NCBI GenBank assembly: GCA_964391865.1
Contig: CAYMNQ010000003.1
Coordinates: 1-64,000, forward strand
Source: an uncultured Phycisphaeraceae bacterium
Lineage (GTDB): Bacteria; Planctomycetota; Phycisphaerae; Phycisphaerales; UBA1924
Direction: 5' to 3'
DNA: 64,000 bases
How positions within the stretch are numbered: the first letter of the stretch is position 1; every line of letters starts with the position of its first letter. The translations under genes were made by a program, and so were the position numbers. Below the pieces are notes generated by a model. The model had not been told where the DNA came from. It made no database searches and saw only the letters and a list, made by a program, of their open reading frames with translations. This document shows, piece by piece, positions 56,169 to 64,000 of this stretch.

Positions 56169-57302
56169 TCAGGCGCTGACGTAGCGGGCGTAGAGCGCGC
56201 GGGCGCGCTCGGGTTTGCTGGTGCCGGTGAAGATGGCGCGGCCGTCGGGGAAGAGGGTGAGTTCGATGGGGGTTGCTCCCGATTCGTCGGCGCGTTCGGT
56301 GGTGAAGCAGCCGCGGACGAGGAAGCGGGTGGCGGTGAAGTCGCCGTGTGGTGAGAGTCGTGCGGCGGCGGCGTTGAGGTCGAGGCGCTGGGTGGATTCG
56401 GTGATGGTGGGGGTGACCTGGACGCTCGCGCGGCCACAGAGGGCGGCGGCGGCGGAACCGTGTTTGCCTTCGAGCCAGTCGAACTGATGGAGCGCGCAGC
56501 AGGGGCAATCGGCGCGCGGGTGATCGTCGGTGAGCACGCGGCGTGATTCGAAGGGTGAGAGTGTGATGGTGAGCAGGCCGCGGGTGAGCGCGGCGGTGTG
56601 GCCGCTGAGGAGCGTGATGGCTTCGGCGGCCTGGAGTGCGCCGAGGAGCGCGGTGAGCGGCGGGAAGACGCCGGCGGTCTCGCAGGTGGGCGCGGTTCCG
56701 GGGGGCGGCGGGTCGTTGAAGAGGCAGCGCAGGCAGGTGGTCTTGCGCGGTTGGATGCGCTTGAGCATGCCCGATGTGCCGACAGCGCCGGCGTAGATGA
56801 GCGGGAGGTTGAGCGAGACGGCGGCGTCGTTGAGCAGGTAGCGCGTCTCGAAGTTGTCGGTGCAGTCGAGCAGGACAGTGGGGCGGTCGCGCGGCCCGAT
56901 GAGGCGCGCGATGGTGCGGTGGGTGCAGTCCTCGGCGCGGGGCGTGATGGTGATGGTTGAGTTGATCTGGCGCAGCCGGCGCGCGGCGGCCTCGGCTTTG
57001 GGGAGCGCTTCGCGCGCATCGGCTTCGTCGTACAAGGTCTGGCGGTGGAGGTTGGAGAGTTCGACGATGTCGCGGTCGATGAGGATGAGTTCGCCCACGC
57101 CGGCGCGGCAGAGGAGTTCGGCGGCGGGTGAGCCGAGCGCGCCGCAGCCGACGATGACGGCGCGGGAGTTGAGGAGATGGCGTTGGCCGGAGTCGCCGAG
57201 CTGGGGGAGGAGCATCTGGCGGTGATAGCGCGCGAGAGCCGCGGCGTTTGCTGAAGAATCAGCGGGCGGGGAGGCGTGTTGTTGGAGCGCGGGGGTTGGC
57301 AT
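56169..57302 (-). CDS. ThiF/MoeB-family E1-like adenylyltransferase with C-terminal extension
   Basis: VIVGCGALGSPAAELLCRAGVGELILIDRDIVELSNLHRQ. CxxC pair (CLRC...CPCC). About 100-aa C-terminal extra domain. Confidence 0.75.
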   Translation of the reverse strand: MPTPALQQHASPPADSSANAAALARYHRQMLLPQLGDSGQRHLLNSRAVIVGCGALGSPAAELLCRAGVGELILIDRDIVELSNLHRQTLYDEADAREALPKAEAAARRLRQINSTITITPRAEDCTHRTIARLIGPRDRPTVLLDCTDNFETRYLLNDAAVSLNLPLIYAGAVGTSGMLKRIQPRKTTCLRCLFNDPPPPGTAPTCETAGVFPPLTALLGALQAAEAITLLSGHTAALTRGLLTITLSPFESRRVLTDDHPRADCPCCALHQFDWLEGKHGSAAAALCGRASVQVTPTITESTQRLDLNAAAARLSPHGDFTATRFLVRGCFTTERADESGATPIELTLFPDGRAIFTGTSKPERARALYARYVSA

Positions 57303-57383
57303 GGGGGCATCGGCGCGGGAGAGTCATCGTATTCGCGTGCTGGGGTGACGGGGAGGGGTGAGGCGGTGACGCTCGCGTGATCG

Positions 57384-57413
57384 CACGACAATCCGGAGGA
57401 ACCGGATTGTCGT
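57384..57413. promoter_or_regulatory. perfect 13-bp inverted repeat (CACGACAATCCGG-AGGA-ACCGGATTGTCGTG) upstream of the thiF-ribE operon
   Basis: Read directly. Lies 82-111 nt upstream of the thiF ATG (57302) on the transcribed side. Candidate operator or RNA hairpin. Confidence 0.3.
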
Positions 57414-57482
57414 GGCACGGGGGGTGCAGGCGACCGATGCATGGGCGCGGGTTGAGTTGGCGAGTTTGGCTGAGTCCAAGAC

Positions 57483-57530
57483 CCCTCTCCCCCTCCCCCC
57501 GGATTCTCCCCCTGAGGGGGAGGGGGTGGG
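57483..57530. repeat. GC-rich palindromic element (CCCCCTCCCCCC..TCCCCCTGAGGGGGAGGGGGTGGG)
   Basis: Nested perfect complementarity: CCCCCTCCCCC pairs with GGGGGAGGGGG, and TCCCCC with GGGGGA. Followed on the plus strand by TTGTTCGTTGTT. Confidence 0.45.
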
Positions 57531-57564
57531 TTGTTCGTTGTTCCGGCGTGTTCAGTGCCATCAT

Positions 57565-57883
57565 CGTCGGAGTCTTTGCGGCGATCGTGCCGGGCGATGA
57601 AGCGGAGGAGGGCGGCGGCGGCTTTGCGGCGCGGCTCGAGCGCGGTCGCTTCGTCGAGCATCATCGTGCAGAGGTTGGCGACGGCGACGGAGAGGTGCGT
57701 GCGGGCGAGGTCGAGGGCGCGGGCGGCGTCGACGCGCGCGACGCGGGCGCGCGCTTCGGCGACGGAGGGATCGGCGAGCCAGGCGTCGAGGAGGCGGGTG
57801 GTGGTGCCGTGCTCGGCGTTGAGCTGCTCGTCGGGGATGCGCGGGCTGAGGTAGGCGGGGAAGAAGTGACAGAAGCCCGGCAT
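57565..57883 (-). pseudogene. protein-like reading frame (MPGFCHFFPAYLSPRIPDEQLNAEHGTTTRLLDAWLADPS...) with no in-frame stop before the palindromic element
   Basis: High GC3 and protein-like composition for about 105 codons starting at ATG 57883. The frame then runs straight through the GC palindrome and on into the antisense of thiF without a stop (track ORF 55145..57991). Confidence 0.25.
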
Positions 57884-58095
57884 GTCGGCGGCGGGCGTGG
57901 GGAGCGGCGGGAGGTTGCTGGGCGGCTGGCGGATTTCCGGCGCTTGGCGCGGCGCGCGATCGGATGGTTGGTTGTTCCCCGGAGCGTGCATGGGGGGATC
58001 ATGCGCCGGGGTTGATGAGGGTCAAGCGCGATGGGGGGTAGGTTCCGTTTTTTGCGGCGCAATCGTGAACATGCGCGTGAATTTTGTGTTGTGAG

Positions 58096-58210
58096 GGCGT
58101 TTGACCTTGAGCATCAGGGCATGCTCGGGCGTCCAGTTGCGGGGTGCTTGATCCTGAGCGTCGGAGCACGCTCAGGCGTCCGTGGTGCTGATTTCTGCGG
58201 GGTATTTGGT
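58096..58210. repeat. hairpin-containing repeat overlapping the 3' end of zinc-ribbon gene P4 (two tandem GAGCRT-n-AYGCTC-RGGCGTCC units)
   Basis: gagcatcagggcatgctcgggcgtcc and cctgagcgtcggagcacgctcaggcgtccgtggtgctgatttctgcggggtatttggtgg. The second unit recurs at 59086..59170. Confidence 0.45.
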
Positions 58211-58936
58211 GGTGGCGTTGTTGGCGGCGCCGCATTCTGGGCATGGGGTCGTTGGCGAGAGACCTTGGAGGTCGTAGCCGCAGGAGAGGCAGGCGTTTCG
58301 GCGGCGACGAGCGCGCGGGCGGAGCGCGGTGGGGATGAACAGGAGCGCGAACCAGAGCGTGGCGTAGAGAGCAGAGTTGATGAGGAAGGCGGGCCAGATG
58401 GGGCGGTAGGGGAGTGGGATGTACCTGGTGAGAGACGGATACTGTCCCGGAAGTTCGACCGCGAACGCACCTTTGAATTCTGGACGAGATTGCTGCAGGT
58501 ACGAGATCGTTGCAGTCTCGTCGGCGATGAGGGGCACATGACCGAAGAGAAAACTTCTCAGCGGCCACCCGATCGCGGTTTCGAAATGGTCTCTGTACCT
58601 CAACGGTCTCTTCGCCATGATCTCGCGTTCGTCCGGCGACCATATCGAGGACCACACTGGAGGACGCGACTTAGCTTGTCGTATGAACCACGCGGGATTA
58701 ATGTCCTGGCTCTGATCGAATCGGCGGGCGGACCACCACACATCGGTTCGTCCGAACTGATCGCGAAGTGATGCCTCGCAGATGTAGTCGTCGAGGCCCA
58801 GGTAGCCGAGGCGTGTGCCGCCTTGCTTGATCGGCAGCCACCAGGTGATCGCCCACGCGACGGCGATGTTGGTCAGCACACCCAGCGCGGCGCAGAGCAG
58901 CAGTCGGCGGATGAATCTGGCGCGCCCCTTCGGCAT
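58172..58936 (-). CDS. membrane protein with periplasmic domain and C-terminal zinc ribbon (family member P4)
   Basis: MPKGRARFIRRLLLCAALGVLTNIAVAWAITWW (TM1). GWPLRS; NSALYATLWFALLF (TM2). RPRARRRRNACLSCGYDLQGLSPTTPCPECGAA. Confidence 0.55.
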   Translation of the reverse strand: MPKGRARFIRRLLLCAALGVLTNIAVAWAITWWLPIKQGGTRLGYLGLDDYICEASLRDQFGRTDVWWSARRFDQSQDINPAWFIRQAKSRPPVWSSIWSPDEREIMAKRPLRYRDHFETAIGWPLRSFLFGHVPLIADETATISYLQQSRPEFKGAFAVELPGQYPSLTRYIPLPYRPIWPAFLINSALYATLWFALLFIPTALRPRARRRRNACLSCGYDLQGLSPTTPCPECGAANNATTKYPAEISTTDA

Positions 58937-59085
58937 GGTGATTGAGGATAGGTGTGGCGGCGTTGTTCGTGGCGGGGACAACGAGGGTTCGCGCGGGCTT
59001 GGGCGTTCGTTGGTGGGATCGGCGCTGGTGTTGATCTTCGGCACCGAGGTCGGTCAGAGCACCGACCTCGGTGGCACGCGGCGTG

Positions 59086-59170
59086 GCCCTGAGCGTCGGA
59101 GCATGCTCGGGCGTCCGGGGCTGCGGCTTCTCGATGCTGTCTGCGGGGTTTTGCGGGGTATTTGTGATCC
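59086..59170. repeat. direct-repeat copy upstream of P4
   Basis: cctgagcgtcggagcatgctcgggcgtccggggctgcgg...tgtctgcggggttttgcggggtatttgtga matches 58147..58210 over about 60 nt. Confidence 0.45.
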
Positions 59171-59332
59171 CTTTCGGTTCCCGAACGTGCGGGGGCTGCG
59201 GGAGTGATTGGAGTTGTTCGCGGGTGTGATTGGAATTGGCGGATCGCCTACACTCTTTCTCCCCCGCGTCCGGCGTTTTGCTGGGTGCGGGTTGAAGTTC
59301 AACCTGTTGATGTTCAAGGAGTTTTCTCGCCC

Positions 59333-60523
59333 ATGGCCGCGACTGCCCCTGCCGCTCCCGCCCCTGCTTCTTCATCCGCTCCGAAGACCTCCGGGTTGGA
59401 GGGGATCATTGCCGGGCAAACCGCCGTCGGCGCGGTGGCGCAGGACAAGCTCGTCTACCGCGGGTATGAGATTCATGATCTCGCGGATCACGCGACGTTT
59501 GAAGAGGTGGCGTTCGTGCTGCTGGTCGGGCACAAGCCGTCGGCGGCGGAGCTGAGCGCGTTCAAGCAGGAGATCGTCGGCATGCGCGAGCTGCCGGCGC
59601 TGGTGGTCGAGACGATCCAGAAGACGGCGAAGCTGCCGAACACGGTGCCGATGGACACGCTGCGGACAGCGGTGTCGGTGCTGGGGCATCTTGATGCCGA
59701 TTGCCAGAGCGTGGAGGCGGACGCGAACCTGCGGAAGGCGAAACGTCTGCTCGCGCAGATCCCGACGATCATCGGGCACATGCAGAACGTGATCGACGGC
59801 ACGCCGATCGTGAAGCCGGACGCGTCGCTCGATCACGCCGCGAACCTGATGTGGATGATGACGGGGAAGAAGCCCACGAGCGAAGCGGCGCGGGTGATTG
59901 ATGTGAGTTTGATTCTGTACGCCGAGCATGATTTCAACGCCAGCACGTTCACGGGGCGGACGATCGCGAGCACGCTGAGCGACATGCACGGGGCGGTGAC
60001 GGGGGCGATCGCGGCGCTGAAGGGGCCGCTGCACGGCGGGGCGAACGAGATGGCGATGGAGATGCTCAAGGAGATCATGAGCGACGTGGGCGAAGCCGGC
60101 ATCGGCACGAAGAAGGTCGATGACTGGATGCAGAACGCCTTCGACACGAAGCGCAAACTGATGGGCTTCGGGCACCGCGTTTATAAGAACGGCGACCACC
60201 GCGCGCCGATCCTGCACAAGCTGGGTCGCACCGTGGCGGCGAAGGACACGGGGAATCCGGGCGGGCACGCGGCGACGAAGTGGTTCGAGCTGGGCGAGCA
60301 GGTGCAGAAGATCATGCTCGACAAGAAGAACATCCACCCGAACGTGGACTTCCCGTGCGGGCTGACGTATTTCACGCTGGGCATCCCGGTGCCGCAGTAC
60401 ACGCCGATCTTCGTGGCGAGCCGGATCACCGGCTGGTGCGCGCACATCATGGAGCAGCACGCGAACAACCGGATCATCCGCCCGGTGGCGGAGTACGTGG
60501 GGCGGCCGTTCACGAAGTGGTAA
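59333..60523 (+). CDS. gltA: citrate synthase
   Basis: Citrate synthase catalytic motifs: GFGHRVYKNGDHRAP (His), ...HIMEQ.. (His), PNVDFPCG (Asp). AAGGAG upstream. Confidence 0.85.
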   Translation: MAATAPAAPAPASSSAPKTSGLEGIIAGQTAVGAVAQDKLVYRGYEIHDLADHATFEEVAFVLLVGHKPSAAELSAFKQEIVGMRELPALVVETIQKTAKLPNTVPMDTLRTAVSVLGHLDADCQSVEADANLRKAKRLLAQIPTIIGHMQNVIDGTPIVKPDASLDHAANLMWMMTGKKPTSEAARVIDVSLILYAEHDFNASTFTGRTIASTLSDMHGAVTGAIAALKGPLHGGANEMAMEMLKEIMSDVGEAGIGTKKVDDWMQNAFDTKRKLMGFGHRVYKNGDHRAPILHKLGRTVAAKDTGNPGGHAATKWFELGEQVQKIMLDKKNIHPNVDFPCGLTYFTLGIPVPQYTPIFVASRITGWCAHIMEQHANNRIIRPVAEYVGRPFTKW

Positions 60524-60539
60524 GTCACCGCTGCGCGGG

Positions 60540-60562
60540 CGGGTGAGCGCGCGTTCTGCGCG
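60540..60562. terminator. short alternating-GC hairpin between convergent gltA and the beta-helix gene
   Basis: gagcgcgcg-ttc-tgcgcgcg sits between stop codons at 60523 (+) and 60565 (-). Weak U-tract. Confidence 0.25.
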
Positions 60563-60564
60563 CG

Positions 60565-62385
60565 TCAATTGCAGCTCGAACCCCAGTGCTGGATGACGCG
60601 AGCGATATCGCCAAGGCCGATCACGCCCGAGTGGTCGAGGTCGATCCGTGCGCAGATGATTTCGTCGGTGCTGTTCCAGGTTTGGATGATCGCGGCGATA
60701 TCGGGGAGGCCGACCATCAGGTCGGTGCTGGCGTCGCCCGGGCAGGGGAAGAGGAACTCGTGCGCGCCGGCGTCGACGATGAGGGCGCCGATCGGCGCTC
60801 CGGTGTCGGGGGTCGAGGGATCGTCGGCGAAGCGCGGGCAGTTGGTGAAGTCGAGCGCGATTCCGGCGGGGAGGAACGAGTTGTCGCCGCGGTCGATGGC
60901 GGGGGAGTTGGGGGAGAGTCGGAGGTCATCGTCGATGCTGCCGGGGATGTTGTCGGGGCCGTCGGCGTCGACGAACTGAGGGTTGGCGTTGGAGTTGCCG
61001 ATGCCGGGGAACTGAGAGGCCCACCCTTCGATCAGGCAGCGGCTGGCGGTGATTGTGCCGGCGAAGAACGTGGTGCCGAACGCGTCGATTGGCTCCAGCG
61101 TGCTCTGGATGTCCCAGACGATCGAGTTGCTGATGTGAACCGGGCCGATGGTGCCGAGGAACGAGAACACTTGTGAAGGATTTCCATCATTCCATGCGGT
61201 GCAGTTGATGATTTGCGCTGGTGCCTGCGTAATAAGGGTCGCCCCGCCGCCGGTGCGACCGTTGCCGGTGAAGAGGCTGTTGGTGATGCGGAGGCCGGGG
61301 CAGAGGCTTTCGACGACGATGGCCGCCCCGCCGTCGGCCGTGCCCTCGTTGCCGACGAAGAGGCAGCGGTCGATGGTGACTGCAGCGGCGGTGGCGCGGA
61401 GCGCGCCGGCGTTCCCGCCGCTGGTGTTGCGGATGAAGCGTGATCGGCGGATGTCGGCAGTTCCGCCGCCGATGCGGATGCCCACGCCGTTGGTGGCGAT
61501 CTGGCACTGCATGGAGAAGAGACAGTCCTCGACGGTGAGGTGGCTGGTGAAATCCAGATCGCCGATGTAGTTGATGCCGGAGGCGATGCCCATGCCGTTG
61601 ATCCCGCCGGTTTGGATGTCGGCTTCGACAAAGGTGCATCGGCGGACGGTGGTGTTCGACCCGGCGCGGGAGCTGATGTTTGCCCCGGTGCCGGCGCGGT
61701 TGCCGACGAAGGAGCAGTCCTCGATGAGGGGCGCGGCGTTGAGGGCTGAGATGCCCGCGCCCTCGAGCATTTTGAACTGTCCGTTGTCGCGGAAGTGACA
61801 GGCTCGGATGGTCGGCGCGCCGGCGAGAATGAGCACGCCGCCGCCGGTGCCGCTGCCGGGGTTGTCGAAAGAGAATTCGCCGCCCGTGCCGCGCTCGATG
61901 GTGAAGCCGTCGAGGAGGGTGGTTGTGCCGGCGTTGTTGAAGCGGACGACGTGGTCGCTGTTGTCGTCCAGTGTCGCGAAGACGTGCGATAGATCGTCGC
62001 TGTTCAGGTCGGCGGTGAGGATGGTGGGATGAGCCGCGGGATTGCGATGGTCCGCGCTGGTTTCCGTGCCGACGAACCCGCCGAGGAGCGCGACGCCGCT
62101 GGGGATGACGAGGGAGATGGTGGTCGGGCCGTTGGGTGGCGCGGGGGCGTAGGTGCCCTGCGCGACCCAGAGTTCATCGCCCGGTTGCGCGAGGACGAGG
62201 GCGCTCTGGACGGCGAGGCGGCCCTGGAAGGCGTTGGGCCAGGAGGTGCCGTCGTTCGCGCCCGTGGTGAGTTCGGCGTTGACGAAGATGACGGCCGCAT
62301 CGGCGGGCGGCGTCAGCGCTGCGATCGCGCCGACGAATGCGACGGAGCCAAAGAGCATGCGAGCGTTTCGATTGAAGTGCTTCAT
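60565..62385 (-). CDS. right-handed parallel beta-helix repeat protein (pectate-lyase-fold, secreted) with C-terminal dockerin-type module
   Basis: Signal peptide MKHFNRNARMLFGSVAFVGAIAALTPPADA. Repeated NxxGxxxGG/beta-helix rungs (IRIGGGTADIRRSRFIRNTS...). C-term CPGDASTDLMVGLPDIAAIIQTWN...IDLDHSGVIGLGDIARVIQHWGSSCN. The ATG overlaps the upstream paralog's stop within TCATGA. Confidence 0.7.
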   Translation of the reverse strand: MKHFNRNARMLFGSVAFVGAIAALTPPADAAVIFVNAELTTGANDGTSWPNAFQGRLAVQSALVLAQPGDELWVAQGTYAPAPPNGPTTISLVIPSGVALLGGFVGTETSADHRNPAAHPTILTADLNSDDLSHVFATLDDNSDHVVRFNNAGTTTLLDGFTIERGTGGEFSFDNPGSGTGGGVLILAGAPTIRACHFRDNGQFKMLEGAGISALNAAPLIEDCSFVGNRAGTGANISSRAGSNTTVRRCTFVEADIQTGGINGMGIASGINYIGDLDFTSHLTVEDCLFSMQCQIATNGVGIRIGGGTADIRRSRFIRNTSGGNAGALRATAAAVTIDRCLFVGNEGTADGGAAIVVESLCPGLRITNSLFTGNGRTGGGATLITQAPAQIINCTAWNDGNPSQVFSFLGTIGPVHISNSIVWDIQSTLEPIDAFGTTFFAGTITASRCLIEGWASQFPGIGNSNANPQFVDADGPDNIPGSIDDDLRLSPNSPAIDRGDNSFLPAGIALDFTNCPRFADDPSTPDTGAPIGALIVDAGAHEFLFPCPGDASTDLMVGLPDIAAIIQTWNSTDEIICARIDLDHSGVIGLGDIARVIQHWGSSCN

Positions 62386-64000
62386 GAGCAGCTTTCTCCC
62401 CAGTGCTGGATGACGAGGGCGATATCGCCGAGGCCGATGACGCCCGAGTGATCGAGGTCGATGCGCGTGCAGATGGTTTCGTCGGTGCTGTTCCAGGTTT
62501 GGATGATCGCGGCGATATCGGGGAGGCCGACCATCAGGTCGGTGCTGGCGTCGCCCGGGCAGGGGAAGAGGAACTCGTGCGCGCCGGCGTCGACGATGAG
62601 GGCGCCGATCGGCGCTCCGGTGTCGGGGGTCGAGGGATCGTCGGCGAAGCGCGGGCAGTTGGCGAAGTCGAGCGCGATGCCGGCGGGGAGGAACGAGTTG
62701 TCGCCGCGGTCGATGGCGGGAGAACCAGCGGAGAGTCGGAGGTCATCGTCGATGGTGCCGGGGATGTTGTCGGGGCCGTCGGCGTCGGCGAAGAGGGGGT
62801 TCGCGTTGATGGTGCCGTTGCCGGGGAATTGGCCGGTCCAGGTTTGGATGAGCGAACGGTTGACGGTGAAAGCGGCCGAGCCGAGTCGGAGCAGGTCGGC
62901 GAACTGTGGTGTGTTGCCGAGATTGCCGCGGAAGATGCAGTTGTGGATGTTCGCGGTGGTGTTGTTGCCGCTAGCGATGAGCGCGGCGTGGAACATGTTG
63001 GCTCCGCCGTTGTTGGCGATGGTGCAGTTGGTCATGGTGAACGAAGCGCCTTGCGAGAAGATGGTGGAGAATCCCAGACGGTCATTGCCGGAGAAGACGG
63101 AGTTGGTGATGGTGATGGCCGAGGCACCGAGGGTGTAGATGGCGGCACCGCCGTCGCCGGCGCCTTCGCATCCGACGAAGAGGCAGTGGTCGACGGTGGT
63201 GACGGAGAGCGATCCCGGCGTGTCGAAGGAACCGGCGCTGATCCCGCCGCCGCTGCCGGCGTGAGTGCAGTTGATGAATCGGCATCGGCGGATGGTCGCT
63301 TCGCCGCTCTCGACTTTGATGCCGAGGCCGTCGCCGGCGATGAAGAAGGTGGACGGGAAGGAGAAGTCGCAGTCCTCGATGAGGATGGTGGAGGGCGGGC
63401 TGATGAAACTGCCGATCCCGACGCCGGAGGCGATGCCGAGCCCGGCGCCGAAGTTCGTTTCAAGAGTGGCATCGGTGAAAGAGCAGCCGCGGACGACGGA
63501 GTTCGAGCCGTGGTTGTTGAGATTCGCGCCGACGGCGGCGCGGTTGCGTGTGAAGTGGCAGTGTTCGACGGTGGTGTTGCCGGCGGCGATGTGGAGCCCG
63601 CCGCCGAAACTCTCGGCGGAGTTTTCGCGGATGAGGCAGTTGCGGATGGTGGGCGCGCCAGCAAGGACGATGATCCCGCCGCCGGCACCGATGTCGGGTT
63701 TGACGGCGGGCAGGGCGCGGGAGAGTGCGAAGCCGCGCTCGATGGTGAAGCCGTCGATGACGGTGCCCGCCCCGCCGATGGTGGTGACGATGTGGAAGAC
63801 GTTGTCATTCATGGGCGGGTCGATGGGGGTGTCGTCGTTGTTGAGGTCGCCGGTGAGGATGGTGGGGTTGGCGCTGTGGTTGCGTTGATCGGCGGCGGTC
63901 TCGATGCCGAGAAACCCGCCGAGGAGCGCGACGCCGTTGGGGACGTTGAAGGTGCTGAGCGGCGGAGCGCCGGGCGCTCCGGGGGCGTAGGTGCCTTGAG
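62382..64000 (-). CDS. paralogous beta-helix dockerin protein, 5'-truncated by the window edge
   Basis: C-terminal 200 aa nearly identical to 60565..62385 (..CPGDASTDLMVGLPDIAAIIQTWNSTDETICTRIDLDHSGVIGLGDIALVIQHWGESCS). Homology to the paralog continues upstream of the track's first Met (63812) to position 64000. Confidence 0.7.
   Translation of the reverse strand, partial: QGTYAPGAPGAPPLSTFNVPNGVALLGGFLGIETAADQRNHSANPTILTGDLNNDDTPIDPPMNDNVFHIVTTIGGAGTVIDGFTIERGFALSRALPAVKPDIGAGGGIIVLAGAPTIRNCLIRENSAESFGGGLHIAAGNTTVEHCHFTRNRAAVGANLNNHGSNSVVRGCSFTDATLETNFGAGLGIASGVGIGSFISPPSTILIEDCDFSFPSTFFIAGDGLGIKVESGEATIRRCRFINCTHAGSGGGISAGSFDTPGSLSVTTVDHCLFVGCEGAGDGGAAIYTLGASAITITNSVFSGNDRLGFSTIFSQGASFTMTNCTIANNGGANMFHAALIASGNNTTANIHNCIFRGNLGNTPQFADLLRLGSAAFTVNRSLIQTWTGQFPGNGTINANPLFADADGPDNIPGTIDDDLRLSAGSPAIDRGDNSFLPAGIALDFANCPRFADDPSTPDTGAPIGALIVDAGAHEFLFPCPGDASTDLMVGLPDIAAIIQTWNSTDETICTRIDLDHSGVIGLGDIALVIQHWGESCS

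Noticed and set aside
55145-57564. Bulk of the 948-aa minus-strand ORF
   Set aside because: Pro/Ser/Thr/Ala-rich junk, antisense to ribE and thiF. Only its first ~105 codons (57565..57883) look protein-like; those are reported separately as a possible pseudogene.

Overview
High-GC (~68-70%) bacterial chromosomal window, gene-dense, mostly housekeeping and cell-envelope functions. Several features point to a PVC-type Gram-negative (Planctomycetota- or Verrucomicrobiota-like) genome, but this is inference only: dockerin-type C-terminal modules on many secreted proteins, a PPi-dependent phosphofructokinase, a fused AroD-AroE, and 'four-helix-bundle' and 'GxxExxY' genes of the type found inside 23S rRNA intervening sequences. 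Called genes, in order: Tat-exported PhoD phosphatase with a PEP-CTERM-like tail; PPi-PFK; a low-GC hypothetical; two outer-membrane beta-barrels; a subtilisin with dockerin; a beta-helix adhesin-like protein with dockerin; class-V aminotransferase/cysteine desulfurase; flotillin-like SPFH protein; GalE; PagL-like lipid A deacylase; SlyX; a peptide-type ABC substrate-binding protein plus one permease; a three-gene translationally coupled operon of unknown function; TSUP exporter; HI0933 flavoprotein; AroDE; LTXXQ periplasmic protein; KdsC-like phosphatase; a dockerin esterase; a surface-polysaccharide locus (UDP-GlcNAc dehydrogenase, Wzx, 2x GT2, FkbM methyltransferase, 2x SAM methyltransferase, UDP-xylose synthase, UDP-glucose dehydrogenase); GrpB; Dus; SRPBCC protein; pterin dehydratase; GluQ-RS; SpoIIE/PP2C phosphatase; LpxA; riboflavin synthase; ThiF/MoeB; citrate synthase; and two tandem beta-helix dockerin proteins. 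The most unusual content is (i) a four-member paralogous family of membrane proteins ending in a cytoplasmic C-x2-C-G-Y-D-L-x-G-L-x4-6-C-P-E-C-G zinc ribbon, one copy bracketed by direct repeats; (ii) small genes and an in-frame insertion in dus that are framed by short inverted repeats, suggesting cassette or MITE-like mobility; and (iii) a gene-poor ~870-bp region holding strong palindromes and a stop-less ORF. No tRNA, rRNA, CRISPR array or classical IS/transposase was found. Many long six-frame ORFs are antisense or off-frame GC artefacts and were rejected. Start codons carry a few-nt uncertainty because of hand counting.
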